Source: Amphiscolops sp. MND2022
Lineage: Eukaryota
Assembly (NCBI GenBank): GCA_964187785.1
Contig: OZ076413.1
Coordinates: forward strand, 43,650,001 to 43,714,000
Length of the DNA stretch: 64,000 nucleotides
Reading direction: 5' to 3'
Shown: positions 1 to 12,900 of the stretch, one piece after another
Numbering within the stretch: the first letter of the stretch is position 1
Layout: each line of letters opens with the position of its first letter
Notes under the pieces: model-generated
The model's database searches: none
What the model saw: the letters and a program-made list of their open reading frames with translations, nothing else
What the model was told of the DNA's origin: nothing
Position numbers and translations under genes: made by a program

Positions 1-735
1 ACATCTGGTGGGATTTGAACATTTGTCAAAAATTCTAATTCGATGTTTGACGTGGCACTGAGCATGTGATTGCTCTTTCCGCTGTTTCAACGAGATTGGC
101 AGGTACTTCGACAACAAGAGCGAAGATCGAGAAACAAACATAAGGCCAGATGCCCGAACAGACCCCAGAGACTGCAAAAACCTCTGAAATTAGACTCTTT
201 CGAAGGTGCTAACCTTGATTCCAGCAGTATGTTATCTTAAGTAGCGAAAACCGTACAAATGAGTCTTTTCGTCTAATTCACAAATCTGTGCATGTGGTGC
301 CCCAGCTTGCGAGCTGAATGTGGATGTTGCCAAATCGCTGTTGTGGACGAGATTGCTGTAGATTGCTGTACATTGTTGTAAGTTTATGGCTACTTTGACA
401 GTTTTAGATCTTATTTCGCAATTTTAGATATTATTCCCCAAGTCACCCTGAAAAACGAAAATTTAACATAATTTCCTTTTAGAACGTTTTTAAAGGCTGT
501 CTAAGTGATAATTTTGAAGACAAAGCGTAATTCGCGCTACTGACAGCAATTAAAGACTGGACCAGGCCGGCGAGCACTTCACAAGAAGCGGAATCCTCCT
601 CTGACGGGACAGTTTTTACCCGAAGGAGGGAAAATGAGTTCATGGTCATGGGCGCCTGTCCCGGGCAAATACCCATACCTTGTGTTTCTCCAACTCTAAT
701 GGTTACGGCGACAATGGTGAGAGCTTTTCGTTACA
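1..735 (+). mobile_element. 5' LTR (start outside window) of a Gypsy element related to elements A and C
   Basis: Ends ...TCGTTACA(735), followed by TAGAGACATCATTTTT and TGGCGACCACAGAGGGATC, the same LTR-end/spacer/PBS layout as at 59256 and 26240. The start (tttgtcaaaaattc...tttgacgtggcact) resembles 58578-58612. Leader-like sequence continues to ~1200. Confidence 0.8.
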
Positions 736-751
736 TAGAGACATCATTTTT

Positions 752-769
752 TGGCGACCACAGAGGGAT
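752..769 (+). promoter_or_regulatory. Primer-binding site, tRNA-Arg-like
   Basis: TGGCGACCACAGAGGGAT is complementary to a ...TCCCTCTGTGGTCGCCA tRNA 3' end, resembling animal tRNA-Arg(TCG). It lies 16 nt after the LTR end. Confidence 0.75.
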
Positions 770-1229
770 CGCTTCGAAGTGCTTCTCTTAATGGTTTTAA
801 AAGAGTCGACCCTCTGGTGATTGACGCCAAGTACGACCTGGCTCTGGTTGTAGATGTTTACGCAGAGTTTTCCTTCATTTTTTAAAGTTTGATGTATTGA
901 CAGCTTTACTGTGGCAGGTTTTCTGTCCGTTTTTCAGGGGATTTTTCCGAGTACCTGTGGTATGTTTTGTTAGAAGGTACTTGTTGACAGATATCGTCTA
1001 AAATTGCAAGGGTCCCGTCAGCTGGTCCTCTTTTTAGAAGCGTAGTGGACAGTAGCACGTTGCTACTGGCGTTTAACAGCTTTTTCTAGCTGTTTTCAGT
1101 GATTTGCGCTGATGTACGAGAGCTGAAATTGATGGTTGGACCACATTCCATCCGACTGATAGATGAGCTGAAACGAGTGTTCCCGACTCTCCTTTCCCAT
1201 TTCAGCTTGTCGTTACAAAAACATTCAAA

Positions 1230-3950
1230 CTAACGATGGGACAAACAAAAATTCCCGGGAACAATCAATCCGAAACGGAAAAGTTTTCAAAGACATTTCG
1301 GTTTCCTCCGAGAAGAACAGGACGTTAAAAGAAACGAATATGATATACAACTCAACCCGGGACACTAACCCGGTGTTGCCGAAACCAAAACCACTGCACA
1401 TTCAAGAAGACGGGGGAGTAAAAAAGAAAAGCTAAATAAATGTAATCAAGAAATTAGACAAGATCATAAACTTCGATGAGGACGTTTTTCTTCTCCAGTA
1501 ATGAGTTCCGTAGAAACAATAAACATGTGAATATAGAACTTGATTGACGGAAGTTAAACTACAGTTGCATAAAAATGAGATGTAAGAGCACGGACAAATG
1601 AAACTGTACACTGAAACGAGGCGAAGATGCGCGTTTGCATCAACAGTAGGAAAAATCAGTGGAAACAACAGATTTAAATATTGCTTTTACGTACAAGCTG
1701 ACATACCCATAATATTCCCAGAAAAAATTGACCGGACACTCGAATACTGCACAGCAGCCTCTGCTAGATGATATAACAATAGCAATATGCTGAAGTAACG
1801 AAAAATTGGAAACTAAAATACTGTTGGATCTACTGACAAAACTAGACAACGTCCGGTAACGCGCAAGTATAAAAAGTCAGAACTCTTGGTGCATCAAACA
1901 ATATAGTAGGGTCAAAAAAGAGATGAGAACGGAATAAAACCTACCGGGAAAAGTGGAAGCAATGTTCAGAATGAAACCACCGAAACATGAAACCAATTGT
2001 AACCAAGAAACCAAAACTAGCACATAACACAAAAGACAAAAATTACATGATCTATACGGATGCAAGTGATACGGCAATCAGTTTTACACTTTGGCAAAAA
2101 GAATGTCGCAAACTGGAGTAGATCGATGAAGTGTTATTACAAGCAGTCGTATGGGAATTTGAAAAAATCCTTTTAACCTTCACGCAAGGAAAAAAATCTT
2201 TTACGGGTCATCAGAACTCAGAGCCTTTTATACATAAAAATACAACAATCAATATAGCGCAAAATTAACGAGCTGGCTACAAGAATCACCACACTTCAAC
2301 ATAGCATTACAGGCACAGTTTTTTGTGATTAGCAATTCGAAATGTACAAACTGTCGTTGCAGAAATTCGGTAGTTGGAGCAATACCGGATTATACCGAGA
2401 AACGCGCTATCCCGGCCCGGCACAAAGAGACGTTGTTATGACAAGCAGTCACAAATTACAAGTTATGACAATATTTGCACCATCCTGGAAAAAAAGAAAA
2501 GCGTGGATGGAATAGCAGGGTTCAACTCTGACTGCTACTGCGTGCAAACCGACTGAAGCAGATGCCGACTGATTGAAGAAGAAGCCCAAATTCCTGAAAA
2601 AAGAGAAGTGGAACGCGATTTTATAAGGTACGAATGAGGCAGTGCGACGAGGTGAGGAGATATCTTGCCGATTTTGTCTAGTCGCGAATGTAAGAGTAAA
2701 GAGAAGGATGCCCGTTACATACAGATCAATCACATTATCAGATAACTCTAAGCAATTAAAACGAAGAACGGACCCAAAGGTCTCTTGTCCAAAATCACGA
2801 TCGATCCGGAACTTCAAACGGTGAGAGGAACCCTGTGCCAAGAAAAAAAAGGAGCAGGAACGAAAAAAAAACAGGCAGTTTTCAAAACGCTATTTGTACG
2901 GTGGCGTCTGGTCTCCGTAAAGGACCAGATCGTGATTTACTTCGACCTCAGAAGACGACTGTTGGACATTATACCTTTGGGTCACACCAGCATCACGCGA
3001 TGATAACAGAAGAGATCTTTCGATGGCGCGAATTGAAAAACGACATCGAGACAAAGGTGAAAAAGTACATGTCATACCCAGCATCATGTACAGGTTCTGA
3101 ATACCAAATTCTGAAAAGTCAATACGAATACTAAATCAAATAACCAAACTCAGACACGATATTCAATTCGCCTTTACCTGGAACTTGAATTGCAAGAGAA
3201 TAATTGGGGTATCCAAACTTTGTTTGCAGTCGTCAGTTTGATAAAAGGCCGCAAAGGAAAACATGTAAAGTCGCAGAAGCTGAAGAGGTACTAAGTTACC
3301 TGACAAGTAATTTCACTTTGAACGGAGTACCGGAACAAAACCAAAGTGGATAAAAAAGGCACGTTCTATTCAAAAGACTACAAGAAAATTTGGAAACAGT
3401 GAAACGTTGAAACTGAATACTGCATACAACGGATGCACACCAAAAATGCGAAGGTCGGGAGAACGATACGAACTATGAAAAACACTAGAAAGTTAACACG
3501 AACAACAGAAACAAAGAGGTAATGTGAATCGAGTGTTCTTCGTAATGCGCTTTACCATACATAGCAGACTGAAATAACTACTTTCAAATTGCTTCAAGCT
3601 AAAAATGCGAGACCCGATTGAAAGAATGATCTATAGGACGGCAATTCAAAGCTATCTGATTGGTCAGAAGTATCCGTTTCAGCACCGCACAAGCCTAAGA
3701 CTCCCATTTCCCTCGGCAGTAACGTAGACGGCGGAACCAGCAATCGCGTGATAATGGCCAGGATAAAAACCGAAGATCCAACTGTTTTAATGTTTGAAAA
3801 TGAAAAAAAAATCTCGACAACAAATACAGATTTAACGAGATACTTTGCGATATCTTGAACAGCAAACACAGGGTCGTCCAAACCATGTAAGAGCCGATCA
3901 CAGGAAAGGAGGACGAAGCTGACGACCATGACGAATAAGTAATGCGGAAA
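1230..3950 (+). pseudogene. Heavily decayed Ty3/Gypsy pol relic (RNase H and integrase remnants), a different family
   Basis: Broken-frame motifs: RNase H-like LQAVVWEFEK...NNQYSAKLTSWL (~2140-2280); integrase Zn-finger-like LRRRLLDII.LGH.SIT...IFRWRELKNDIETKVK (~2945-3065); integrase core-like NGVPE...YSKDYK...RTIRTMK (~3320-3480). Many stops and frameshifts. Confidence 0.7.
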
Positions 3951-5429
3951 AAATTGGAAATCGAACATTAATTACACTGGAGAGAGACCGCAGTTACGTA
4001 CTATTTGGGACGGATTCTGAAAGAGCCATGCTGATGGAGAAAATTGACAGAGAGAGTTTCGAACTTACAATTAGGCGATCACGCGATAGTGTAGCGATTG
4101 GATCGACGGCAAACTTTAATAGAGTTACCTGCTCCGGACTAGTGTACTAAAGAGTTATTGACAAGGAAACTGAAACATAACTATTACAATTGGTTGTCAT
4201 TTATACGATAGTCTGTGTTGAGAATAAATGTTTAAAAACCTATTTTAGAAAATTGTGTTTTCTCATTCTTTATTCTCGGAATAGAAGAGTATCAACCTCA
4301 TTTTGCGATATAACGATCGACATTCCTGCAACCAAATGTATGAACGTTTCTGTCAGAGCTTAAGGCAATCACTGTAAAGTTCATGTACAAAGTTCCAGAA
4401 TTTTCGAAAAGGGCACAAGAAAGATTATTGTGTTTGTTTCAAATCTTAAGGTTTTATGATTTGAATCATAAAACTTTCAGATTTGAAACAAACGCAATAA
4501 GCTTTCTTGTGCCCTTTTTGAAACTTCTGGAACTTCAGGAACTGAGAATCCCGTCAGCAATTCACCAAGAAAGTCTAATTTGCTGAATCTTTTCAACTTA
4601 TATTTGATAAGCTGACAGCAGTTGCACCCCTTTCAAATTGCACCACAGTAATTGCCTACTTACCATAATTTTTTTCGGAAATTTAACGCATCGCCTTTTC
4701 AGTATTTTATACCTTGACTTTTTTCTTTCAAAGCAGTGTTGAGAAAATAAAGATTATTCAATTTTTCTCTATGTACATTTTCCTGTTTGTACTACGTATT
4801 TATTAAAACATTGCCAAAAGTCCCTCATTTGGAACAATTTTCTTGGATTTGTTTTTATTGGATTATACAATTTTTGAAAGGAAAAGTGAAAAATACAACT
4901 TTTGTTTCCAATTTATACCTTTCCCGAAGCGTTGCGTTCGTCTAAAACTCTCTGAAGCCAAATTTGAACTACATCAAAGTGCTCAGTAAATATCGCAGCG
5001 CTCAGAGACTTATATCGTATAAGTCACCACAAAAAGGCAACAGGTAAATGTTAATCGGATTTTATAAATTTCTCAGCAGTTTATAATCAGACTGCTTTTA
5101 GAAAATATGCAGGTAGCGTCTGCACTGGACGCTCAACTCCTCAATTGAGCATCTAGAGTTTACAGCTCACCGTCTGAGGTACTTTTCAAGGTCACTTTGT
5201 GCACTTTTCACACTGAGATTAAATTGTACAATTTGATTCCTTCCAAAAACTCCCTCTCCTGGTAAATTCGTTTGAGAATCTGTTTCATTTTTACACGGTT
5301 CATCCGTCTTGGTCTTGACAGATTTTCGGCCTAGTCTTTCGGTCGTACCAGCGAGTTGTTGTCGAACAAACTCAAAAAAACTCACTTACTATACATTTAT
5401 TCACGATATACTTTTGTATTCCCTAGTTG

Positions 5430-5960
5430 AGACTGCCGGAACTTTTTACATGCTACAGGCCTGCATGCAGGGTAATTTGTTATAAAACCTAGAAAATTCA
5501 GAAAGGTTCCGGTGGTAAATCTTGTAGAATTACACTGCATTGTCCACTAATGCAATCAAATTTGAAAATATTTCCGCCTTCTTTTACGGACACGATCACG
5601 ATGTATTCACACATTGCTTTCTCAAATACTCATCTGATTTAGTCACCGCTTTTCAAAAAGGACGCTGAAGATGACGCTAGTTCGCTGTTTACATTGTGAA
5701 TGAATTTAGTTTGCATTAAAATGGCGGCAAAATTGTTGACGTCTCAGCTGCATTTAAAATTAGAACTGATGCATATTGAAACTTGCAGAACTTCACGGCT
5801 TGAAAATGCCGCCAAAACTTTGATGATTCTTTAAAGCAGCTTGATAAAATTTGGTGACAACATGGAAATATTGACGCATTAAAGTTTCCGTAAGATATTT
5901 AGATTATCATAATAAAAGTTGCTGGTAACATTAAAGTACATGTAAAAAGTTCAAGCATGC
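5430..5960 (-). repeat. Old interspersed repeat; inverted homolog of the repeat interrupted by element A (8385-8411 plus 26985-27490)
   Basis: The reverse complement aligns collinearly with 26985-27490 (ttctaatttt.aa.gcagctgagac, cggtga.ta, ttgagaaa, gtgatcg, cctgcatg, aaagttc), and ttgaactttttacatgt matches 8390-8408. Confidence 0.6.
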
Positions 5961-5984
5961 TCAACAAAGGTTAAGACAGTTAAA

Positions 5985-6985
5985 CAAGCCGTTAAACAAA
6001 AATATCTAAGGCTCAAAAATAGCAGAAAGACTTCAAAGTGTCAAGTATTTTTTTTACAGTACCCGAAAAACCGAAAAATTGGACCGAGTTGGCGTGCTGG
6101 GGCGCTTTGGAACTATTAGTAAATTGAAAAAAGTATCAAAATGCCGAAAAAAAACGGAAAGAGGAGACATTTTGGGATTTTTCAACATCCATTCTCTCGC
6201 AAAACATAAAACAAGACGGGAACTTCTCAAGTCGGCGCTATATCTAAGGCTCAAAAAGCGCCAAACATTTTTTTTGGAAAAAAACTTGAAATTTTTGAAA
6301 AAAAAAATTTCTTTCGGAAAATGTCGCACAGTGCCGAAAAATGTAAAAAATGCAAAACCCTTTTTGATTTATAAACACGCATTCTATAGCAAAATAACAA
6401 AAAAACTCAAAGAGGGGACCCTTTGGGGACATTAAAAAAATTTCGAAAAAAAGTCGCACAGTGCCGAAAAAAAATCGAAAACCCTTTAGTCCTCGTCCGG
6501 GCTTGTAGGTAACGTTTAAAAAGTAAATGAATGCGCTCCCGGTTTGCCTTTAGCGGTCCAATAGTCTAGTACTGTATTTAGTAGTTGAACGTTAATTTTA
6601 ACGTTCGTCGCTTCGAGTCTGTCTTAAATAAAAAAAAAGACAAAAAAACGAGTGACTGTAATAGTCGGGCTCTTTTCTTAAGAAAAGCGCCGACTAAAAA
6701 TGAAGGGGGCCCTTTTGGTGAAAATACAATATTCGAAAAAAGTCTCACAATGCCGAACAAAAACTGAAAGGGGGGAGGGAGTCTTTAGTCTGTCCCGGTA
6801 TTGTATGTTGCGGTGAAAAAAAAGGAACAACTCTTTTGGTTAAGTTCCTTTGGCCAAATGGTCCAACTGGACGCCTTAAAGTTTCGAAAAACTTTTAAGA
6901 ACAATTTTGGTCAGTTCGTGTGGATTGAAAAAAAAGAGTCTCCAGTATAATCGCGTTTCACTTCATGAAGCGCCGACTAGAAAAA
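5985..6985 (+). repeat. Abundant A-rich interspersed repeat family (further pieces at ~7757-7880 and ~40930-41445)
   Basis: Recurring modules: tatctaaggctcaaaaa, gggggaccctttgg, aaaaagtc(g/t)cacagtgccgaaaaa, and the terminal gcgccgactaa(aa). Class not determined. Confidence 0.6.
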
Positions 6986-7895
6986 AGATCATTTTTTGGA
7001 AAATCTTGTTTTTGTTAACCCTAGTTTTTGAATATAACATTCATATGCCTTGAACACGAAACTGACGCTATTAGTTTAGTCAATTAGTCTATATTCAGCA
7101 TTTATATTTCCTTCCGACTAAGTAACGTCGAACAGTGCCAAGGAACCCCCGGCACTTGTAATTTCAATAAAAATGTCAAAATATAGACATGAAGTTTCTC
7201 AAACTAAAAGACCTATGGAAAAACCCCATGATACCTGCGTTTTTGTAGTTTTTATCAGACGACTTCAACACAAAGAGATTATAACTGACAACTGCGTCGA
7301 ATGCACCGCAGGGGCTTCAACTGTTCGTTGGCTCGCTAGTTTTTTTACTGCATTTGTTTCTATTGTTTTTTTCCACAACAAAAAACAGAAACAATTCGAG
7401 CTCTATCTCACTACGCTTACCTTGATTAGAAACTGCTTATCCACCTTTTTTTGCCCTGCTGTCAATTTAGAATCAATTAAAATCCGATTTCACATTAGGA
7501 TGGTTGAACCATACACAAGATCTATGTTTTCTCTAATATTGACGCACTGTTAGTGTCGAAAGTGATGGGGTCAGAAGTTGTTTTACACTAGGTGTACCAA
7601 AAAACGGAGCTGAGTCTTTAAAATTTGTGCATTCAAATATTTCAAAACAACTTAGGACACCAAAATTCATTTTGTCAGTCATTCAAGTTACTAACTTTTC
7701 TTGAAGTAAGGGAGCTGAAGTAGTGAAAATTAATTGACCGGTTAGTTTGTGAACCAACAAGACGGGACCGCCTACAGTGGATGTCCCGCCTAAAGCTCAA
7801 AAAGCGCAAATTGTCAGAGAAATGCTCACAGTGGTTTTTACAAAATGTTCAAAATTTTGAAGTAGCAAAAACATTCTAAGGGCGACCTGTGGCCT

Positions 7896-8366
7896 CAGGG
7901 TCACGGAAAATATTATTTTGATAATATTTTAGCCAAAAAAACTGTTATTTTATTTCTATTCTCAAAAATAAGTAATTGCAAAACATTTGTTTCAAAAATA
8001 TATTATTGCAATAATTGCAATAAATTCATAATATATTTCACTATTATATGATTATATATAACACTTATATGACTTTTGAAACCGTTTCTGCCGACCAAAG
8101 TTCCCTGTTATAATGGAGAAATTGAATGGCCTCCACATGCAGTGGTGACAATGCATGTCGCAAATGAGTTTGTGTCAACCGATGCGACGCAATTCTATTG
8201 GCTGACGAGGCAATTCGGTATTGCAGAATTATTTTTGCGGTTAAATAAATAATTAGTATTTAAAGATTCAAAAATAAATAATTTTAATTCCAGGATCTCC
8301 AAAATAAATTATATTTATTTATTTATTGCAATCATTTTCGTTGAAATAATTTTTTCAGTAACCCTG
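7896..8366. mobile_element. Non-autonomous hAT-superfamily MITE (471 bp)
   Basis: Imperfect TIRs CAGGGTCACGGAAAATATTATTTTGA / TTGAAATAATTTTTTCAGTAACCCTG. Perfect 8-bp TSD TGTGGCCT at 7888-7895 and 8367-8374. Confidence 0.92.
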
Positions 8367-8411
8367 TGTGGCCTACCCTGGTTAAAACTGATTGAATTTT
8401 TTACATGTTTT

Positions 8412-9156
8412 TGTAACGATAAGCGCCGGCGCTTGAACCGCAACGTAGAGTGGAGGAACTAGAACAGCGAATATAATCTGGGACTTAGATCTCCGCGGCC
8501 CTAGCTCATTTTCCCTCCGAAGGAGCCAGTCCCAAGGTGGGGGAACCGTCTTGTAAGAAACTCTCTGGCCTGGTCCCAGTCTGTAACTGCTAAAAGTAAC
8601 AGGCATCTTGCATAACTCAAGACCACAGCTCAACTAGCCTTTAAAAAGGGGGCTGAAAACAAGAGGAGGTTGAGCCATAGTATTGGAGAATCTGATAAAA
8701 TCGACATATCCAAATAGGTAAATATAGATGTTCAAGGGCAGCTCTCGAGCATATCAATCTACATCAAAGAGAAATACAACAAAATTAACAGTTTGAGTCA
8801 TTTTGGTAGAAATTGACCTTGGCTCCCAGCGCTAACACTCGTCACCACACAGGACACTGCAAGGTTACTCAGGCGAACATCTGGAACACGGGTTTTCGGT
8901 ACTATAGTAGTGTCGATCTCTTGGGATGGGCACAATACCGTGTTTTTCAGACAAAAAGTACGTCTTTTTGGTCGTTTTCTTGCGTTCGCTCTTCGCGGGC
9001 GGCGATTTCTGCTTTTCTGGGGTGCTTTTCTGGCAGGTACTTCATCTTGAGCATGTTTGAGTGCCACGTCAGATTTGAACGAATTTTTGGCAAAATTTCT
9101 TAACATGTCGAGTTGCAACATCGGTGGATATTGCTGTACCAGAGCTTGCCGTTACA
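8412..9156 (-). repeat. 3' LTR of element A
   Basis: TGTAAC...GTTACA termini; about 11-12 substitutions versus 26240-26984, counted by eye. Confidence 0.95.
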
Positions 9157-9165
9157 TCACTCCCC
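9157..9165 (-). promoter_or_regulatory. Polypurine tract of element A
   Basis: Minus strand reads GGGGAGTGA immediately before TGTAAC of the 3' LTR. Confidence 0.75.
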
Positions 9166-9928
9166 GGGCTTCTGGCTTGTCGTTCCTGGCAAGCGGCGTC
9201 TGGGCTCGTCTAGAAACTGCGTCACCATGACTGCTGAGAACCATCATCCACACACCAGGGGACAAGGACAAGTCCTTGTTTTTCAGCAACAATTTTGGTC
9301 AATTTTCGCGGTTTTTCTCAAAGAAAATCTTACTGCCTAGTATTTTTTACAAAAATGCGAACGAAGTTTTAGCACCAGCTCGAGAGCTAAGGTTTTCAGT
9401 CGGTTAAAACTCGTTTGGGCAAGCAGTTTTCGCTAAAAATTCTTTTGCGACCAAGGTCAGCTAAAATCTCTTTTTTTATGCAACTTGACATTTACAGTTT
9501 TCAGTCAATTTCGGGCAACGTAAAACTTCTTTTGGGAGGGCGCAGATTTGTCTACTCCTCAGACAGTCGATAGAAGATGCTTGAACAACAAAACACAAGG
9601 AAAAACAGCAAAAACTGTAACTAAAAGGCTAAGACTTTTTCTTGACTATGGCAACTCAAAAACACCGCGAACGGTGCGCAACGAAAATAGCAGTTTTCTT
9701 TGGTAACAGTTTCCTTTTTTAACTTTGTAGGCCAAGCAGCTGGGGCAGGCGCACTCTATTGGCCGTACACCCAGCGCAACACTGACAATACATTAACTAA
9801 GTAATAACTATGAACAAAAAATTGCACCATGTACGGGTAGCACCGGTTAAAGCGATAAGTTTGAAGGCACAGTTTCGGCAGAGTTTGGAGTCTATAGGGA
9901 GCGCGAACGCTCCCATTGGCGGCAGGGT

Positions 9929-12900
9929 TCATTGGGCTGAGCTGCGTCGAGCTCGATTCTTGGTGCCATCATTGGAAGTTCCTGGATTGCTAGCATCTTC
10001 CAACGCAACTGACGCTCTACGTTGAGCAGGAACCACAGTAACTACTGTTTCCGAGTCTGATAGGTCTTCTGGGAGCGCTAAATCGGCGATCGGCTGCACC
10101 AGGATAGTGTTGGTGGTCAGTTCAGCGGCGTGTTCTCCAGTTGTTCTCACAGCGTCGTGTGACGACGGTGGACTGACAGGCTCTGGGTTCAAGACGCGAG
10201 TGGGTAGATCAAGGGTTATGGGTCGCATGCTGGGTCGTATCCGCGACATGGCCATTGTTGGTGCGAGCATGGTAGGCGCGAACGCCTGTTGTCTGGCGGT
10301 CTCGGCTCGACTCTCCACAGCCAAGGATACTCGCTTGGAGATCCAGCCAGGCTGATTCCAGAGCTCGCAGGCTCGCTTCCATTTCGGGAAGTTGGCAATC
10401 TCTAGTTCCAGGCAACGTCCCTCCCATTCTGCACGGGCTTCGAAACCTAGGACGGAATTTATCTCATCGTGTAACACGATTGACATATCTCCTGACATCG
10501 TAATTTTTCCTTGAGGCCTCCATACAGATTTTCGGGGAAACGGAGTAATGCGACACCGAAGATTTCGCTGTCGAATTTGGGCGGCTCCTTCAATCCAACC
10601 TGGGATTTGTCCCAGTTCCAGATGTTGGATCTGTCGGTTTAAAGTCTCAGGGGCACGACCAACGGGCTTCGCTCTGGGCCATCCCAGTGGTTCTTTCCAG
10701 TAATGTTTGGGAAAGTGATGCACCGGAAGCTGTAGAGTGGGTCTGTGGGTGGACCAGCACTAGTGCTGGCACGGATCACCTTGCGATTGAATTCTTGGGT
10801 CCATGGAAATCGGAAGGGGACTCCATTCAGACTGAGAGGGGCGGAGTACCAATTGATTGGGCCGCACTCCCGCGGCAAAGGACACGCTTTTCGCGTGCGA
10901 GCACGCAGTAGCCCCATCAAATTCTCCTCCAACTGTTTCTCAGACTTCAGAGTAGTGTACCCATGCGGCATTTCTCCACTTAGTACGGCCTGTACAACGC
11001 GTCGGTAAGTCAGTGAGGGGCGTCCTTGAAGATAGGTGCAGAAGGATACCATATGCACCTGCACTGCTCTCGCGAGGGGTTTAGTTGGGTACCTGCACAT
11101 ACCAATTGCGCCGAATTGGGGCCAAAACCGGAGCCATTGTAGCCACAAAGTCCTCCACTTCTGCTAACGTCAGTTCAGCGAGTTGCCATGGGAAATCCGG
11201 CCAACTCCCAGGGGCATTATGTAGAGGTTGCGACTGATCCACGCCTACGAATAAACCAGAGGCGAATACCAGGGTGGAGTACAACCAATGTTGGATCGAC
11301 GCACGCATGCGCTCAAATTGGGCGGAATAGTTTTGCTGGTCCTTGGAATTCATGAGGTGACCCCAGCGGGTCAGACTGCGGAGTTGTCCCTGCGCAAGGA
11401 CCAGATAGCTGTAGAAGGTGATTAGGTCACCAGATGTCACGATGTCGATTAGGAGAGCCAGAGGGCCAGCCACAAACTTTGTCGGGCCCATCATTAGCGC
11501 GAGCGCTAACACTTCTCCCACGGTAGCCTCGCCGATAGTTTCCAGTAGTTTGTCGGCCTGCACATTGGTGAGCGAGAACTCTGCGGTGTTTACATCGATG
11601 TTCCAGCCCAGACCGAGACTGGTACAGACGGCTTCCAGGGGGCAGTCGTGCTCTCGAGCCACTTCCTCCAAGGTTCTATTCACGAATCTGGTCTGGTACC
11701 AGTGGGCGTAGGTAATACTAGCTGCATCCACCTCGTTCTTCAGGTTGGTTGCTTCGTTGGCCACGATGTGCCTGATCCCCACGGCAGCTTGACGGGCTCG
11801 ATTCCGGTAGCAAAGTGAATCTGAGGGATTGTCCGCTCGACCGTGCGCGCAGCAGGCCATGCTTCGATTTGCTTCACTAATTCAGCTAGTTCTGCACGTA
11901 CGGGGACTTCCTTGTCTTTACGCACCAGCCAGTTATAGCGACGGACAGCCTCTCGTTCACTTACGTTGGGCTCTCGCATGACACGATTGCCATCCAGGTC
12001 GAAGGCCATTCTTCCCATGCACATTCCATGGTCAAAAAGCACGGCGTCGTCTATGGTCAACTGCGCATTCCCCGAACGCTCTACAGCGATCAGTACGCGG
12101 GATATGGCAGCGAAGAAGGCTGGGTATGACAGCGCGTCAGGGCGCAGATCTCCATGGTCCACCCTAAGGTTTGGTGCGCAGATGGCAAAGTCAATCCTGC
12201 GTGCCTTGCACACTTCTAACAGAATATAAACGAACTGTTGTAAACTCTGCTGCCAGTACATGAATCCTGGCGGGGATACGAAGAACGCTAGTGCTCCCAG
12301 GCGACCCCGAAGGATCCCTGCGGCACGCTCCATCGCATCCGCAACAATGTTCACCAAGGTAGCGACGTTCCCAGGTCGACGGGTGTCCAGGTCACGCAAC
12401 AATCCTTCGCACGCCATGTGGTCCAGCAGATTGGCAAAGATCACTCTCTGTGGGGGTGGCTCTTTCAGTGACCCTTTCAGGTTCGGGTCGTACATTACCC
12501 CGATCATTTCAGCAATCTCGGCGAAACGAGACAAAGGCATCGTCAACACCAGTACGTCAGGCATCAGGTTGTCGATGGGCAGGTCGCTTCTGCAGGTGGA
12601 GTCCACTGCCACACAGTAGCGCGCGCGCTGCAAAGCTGCTTTCAACAGGGGTTTCATGGACACAACGTTACGGGCATAGCGGGCATTTGCTTCCCACGTT
12701 TCGCCATCTCGTAGTGTGTACCGCGCGGGAAATTGCTCGGTAATGTTGTGTTGCAGGGGCGCCATATAGTCGTTAGGCGTCATGGGCAGTTGCTCTCGAG
12801 CACGCTGCTCCCAGGCTTGCTCGGACATATCTGCATCACGGGGACGCAGTACTCGTGTAATCTGTGCAGCGATAGTGATTCGGTTCACTTGTTTCTGGTC

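Noticed and set aside
3975..4315. Possible 3' LTR of the 1230-3950 relic (purine run, AATAAA)
   Set aside because: No partner LTR or clean TG...CA termini in the window, so boundaries cannot be supported.
8382..8633. Recurrent 74-83 aa ORF 'MS.GLE.CKMPVTFSSYR...' in three LTRs
   Set aside because: It starts at TTG and has no recognisable domain; recurrence is explained by near-identical LTR nucleotide sequence.
9730..9775. HDV-like ribozyme
   Set aside because: Pseudoknot pairings exist, but P1.1, P4 and the catalytic J4/2 strand are absent on both strands.
11081..11860. Hydrophobic stretch in ORF3 considered as an Env transmembrane anchor
   Set aside because: It is internal and interrupted by charged residues, and there is no obvious signal peptide or Cys-rich ectodomain.
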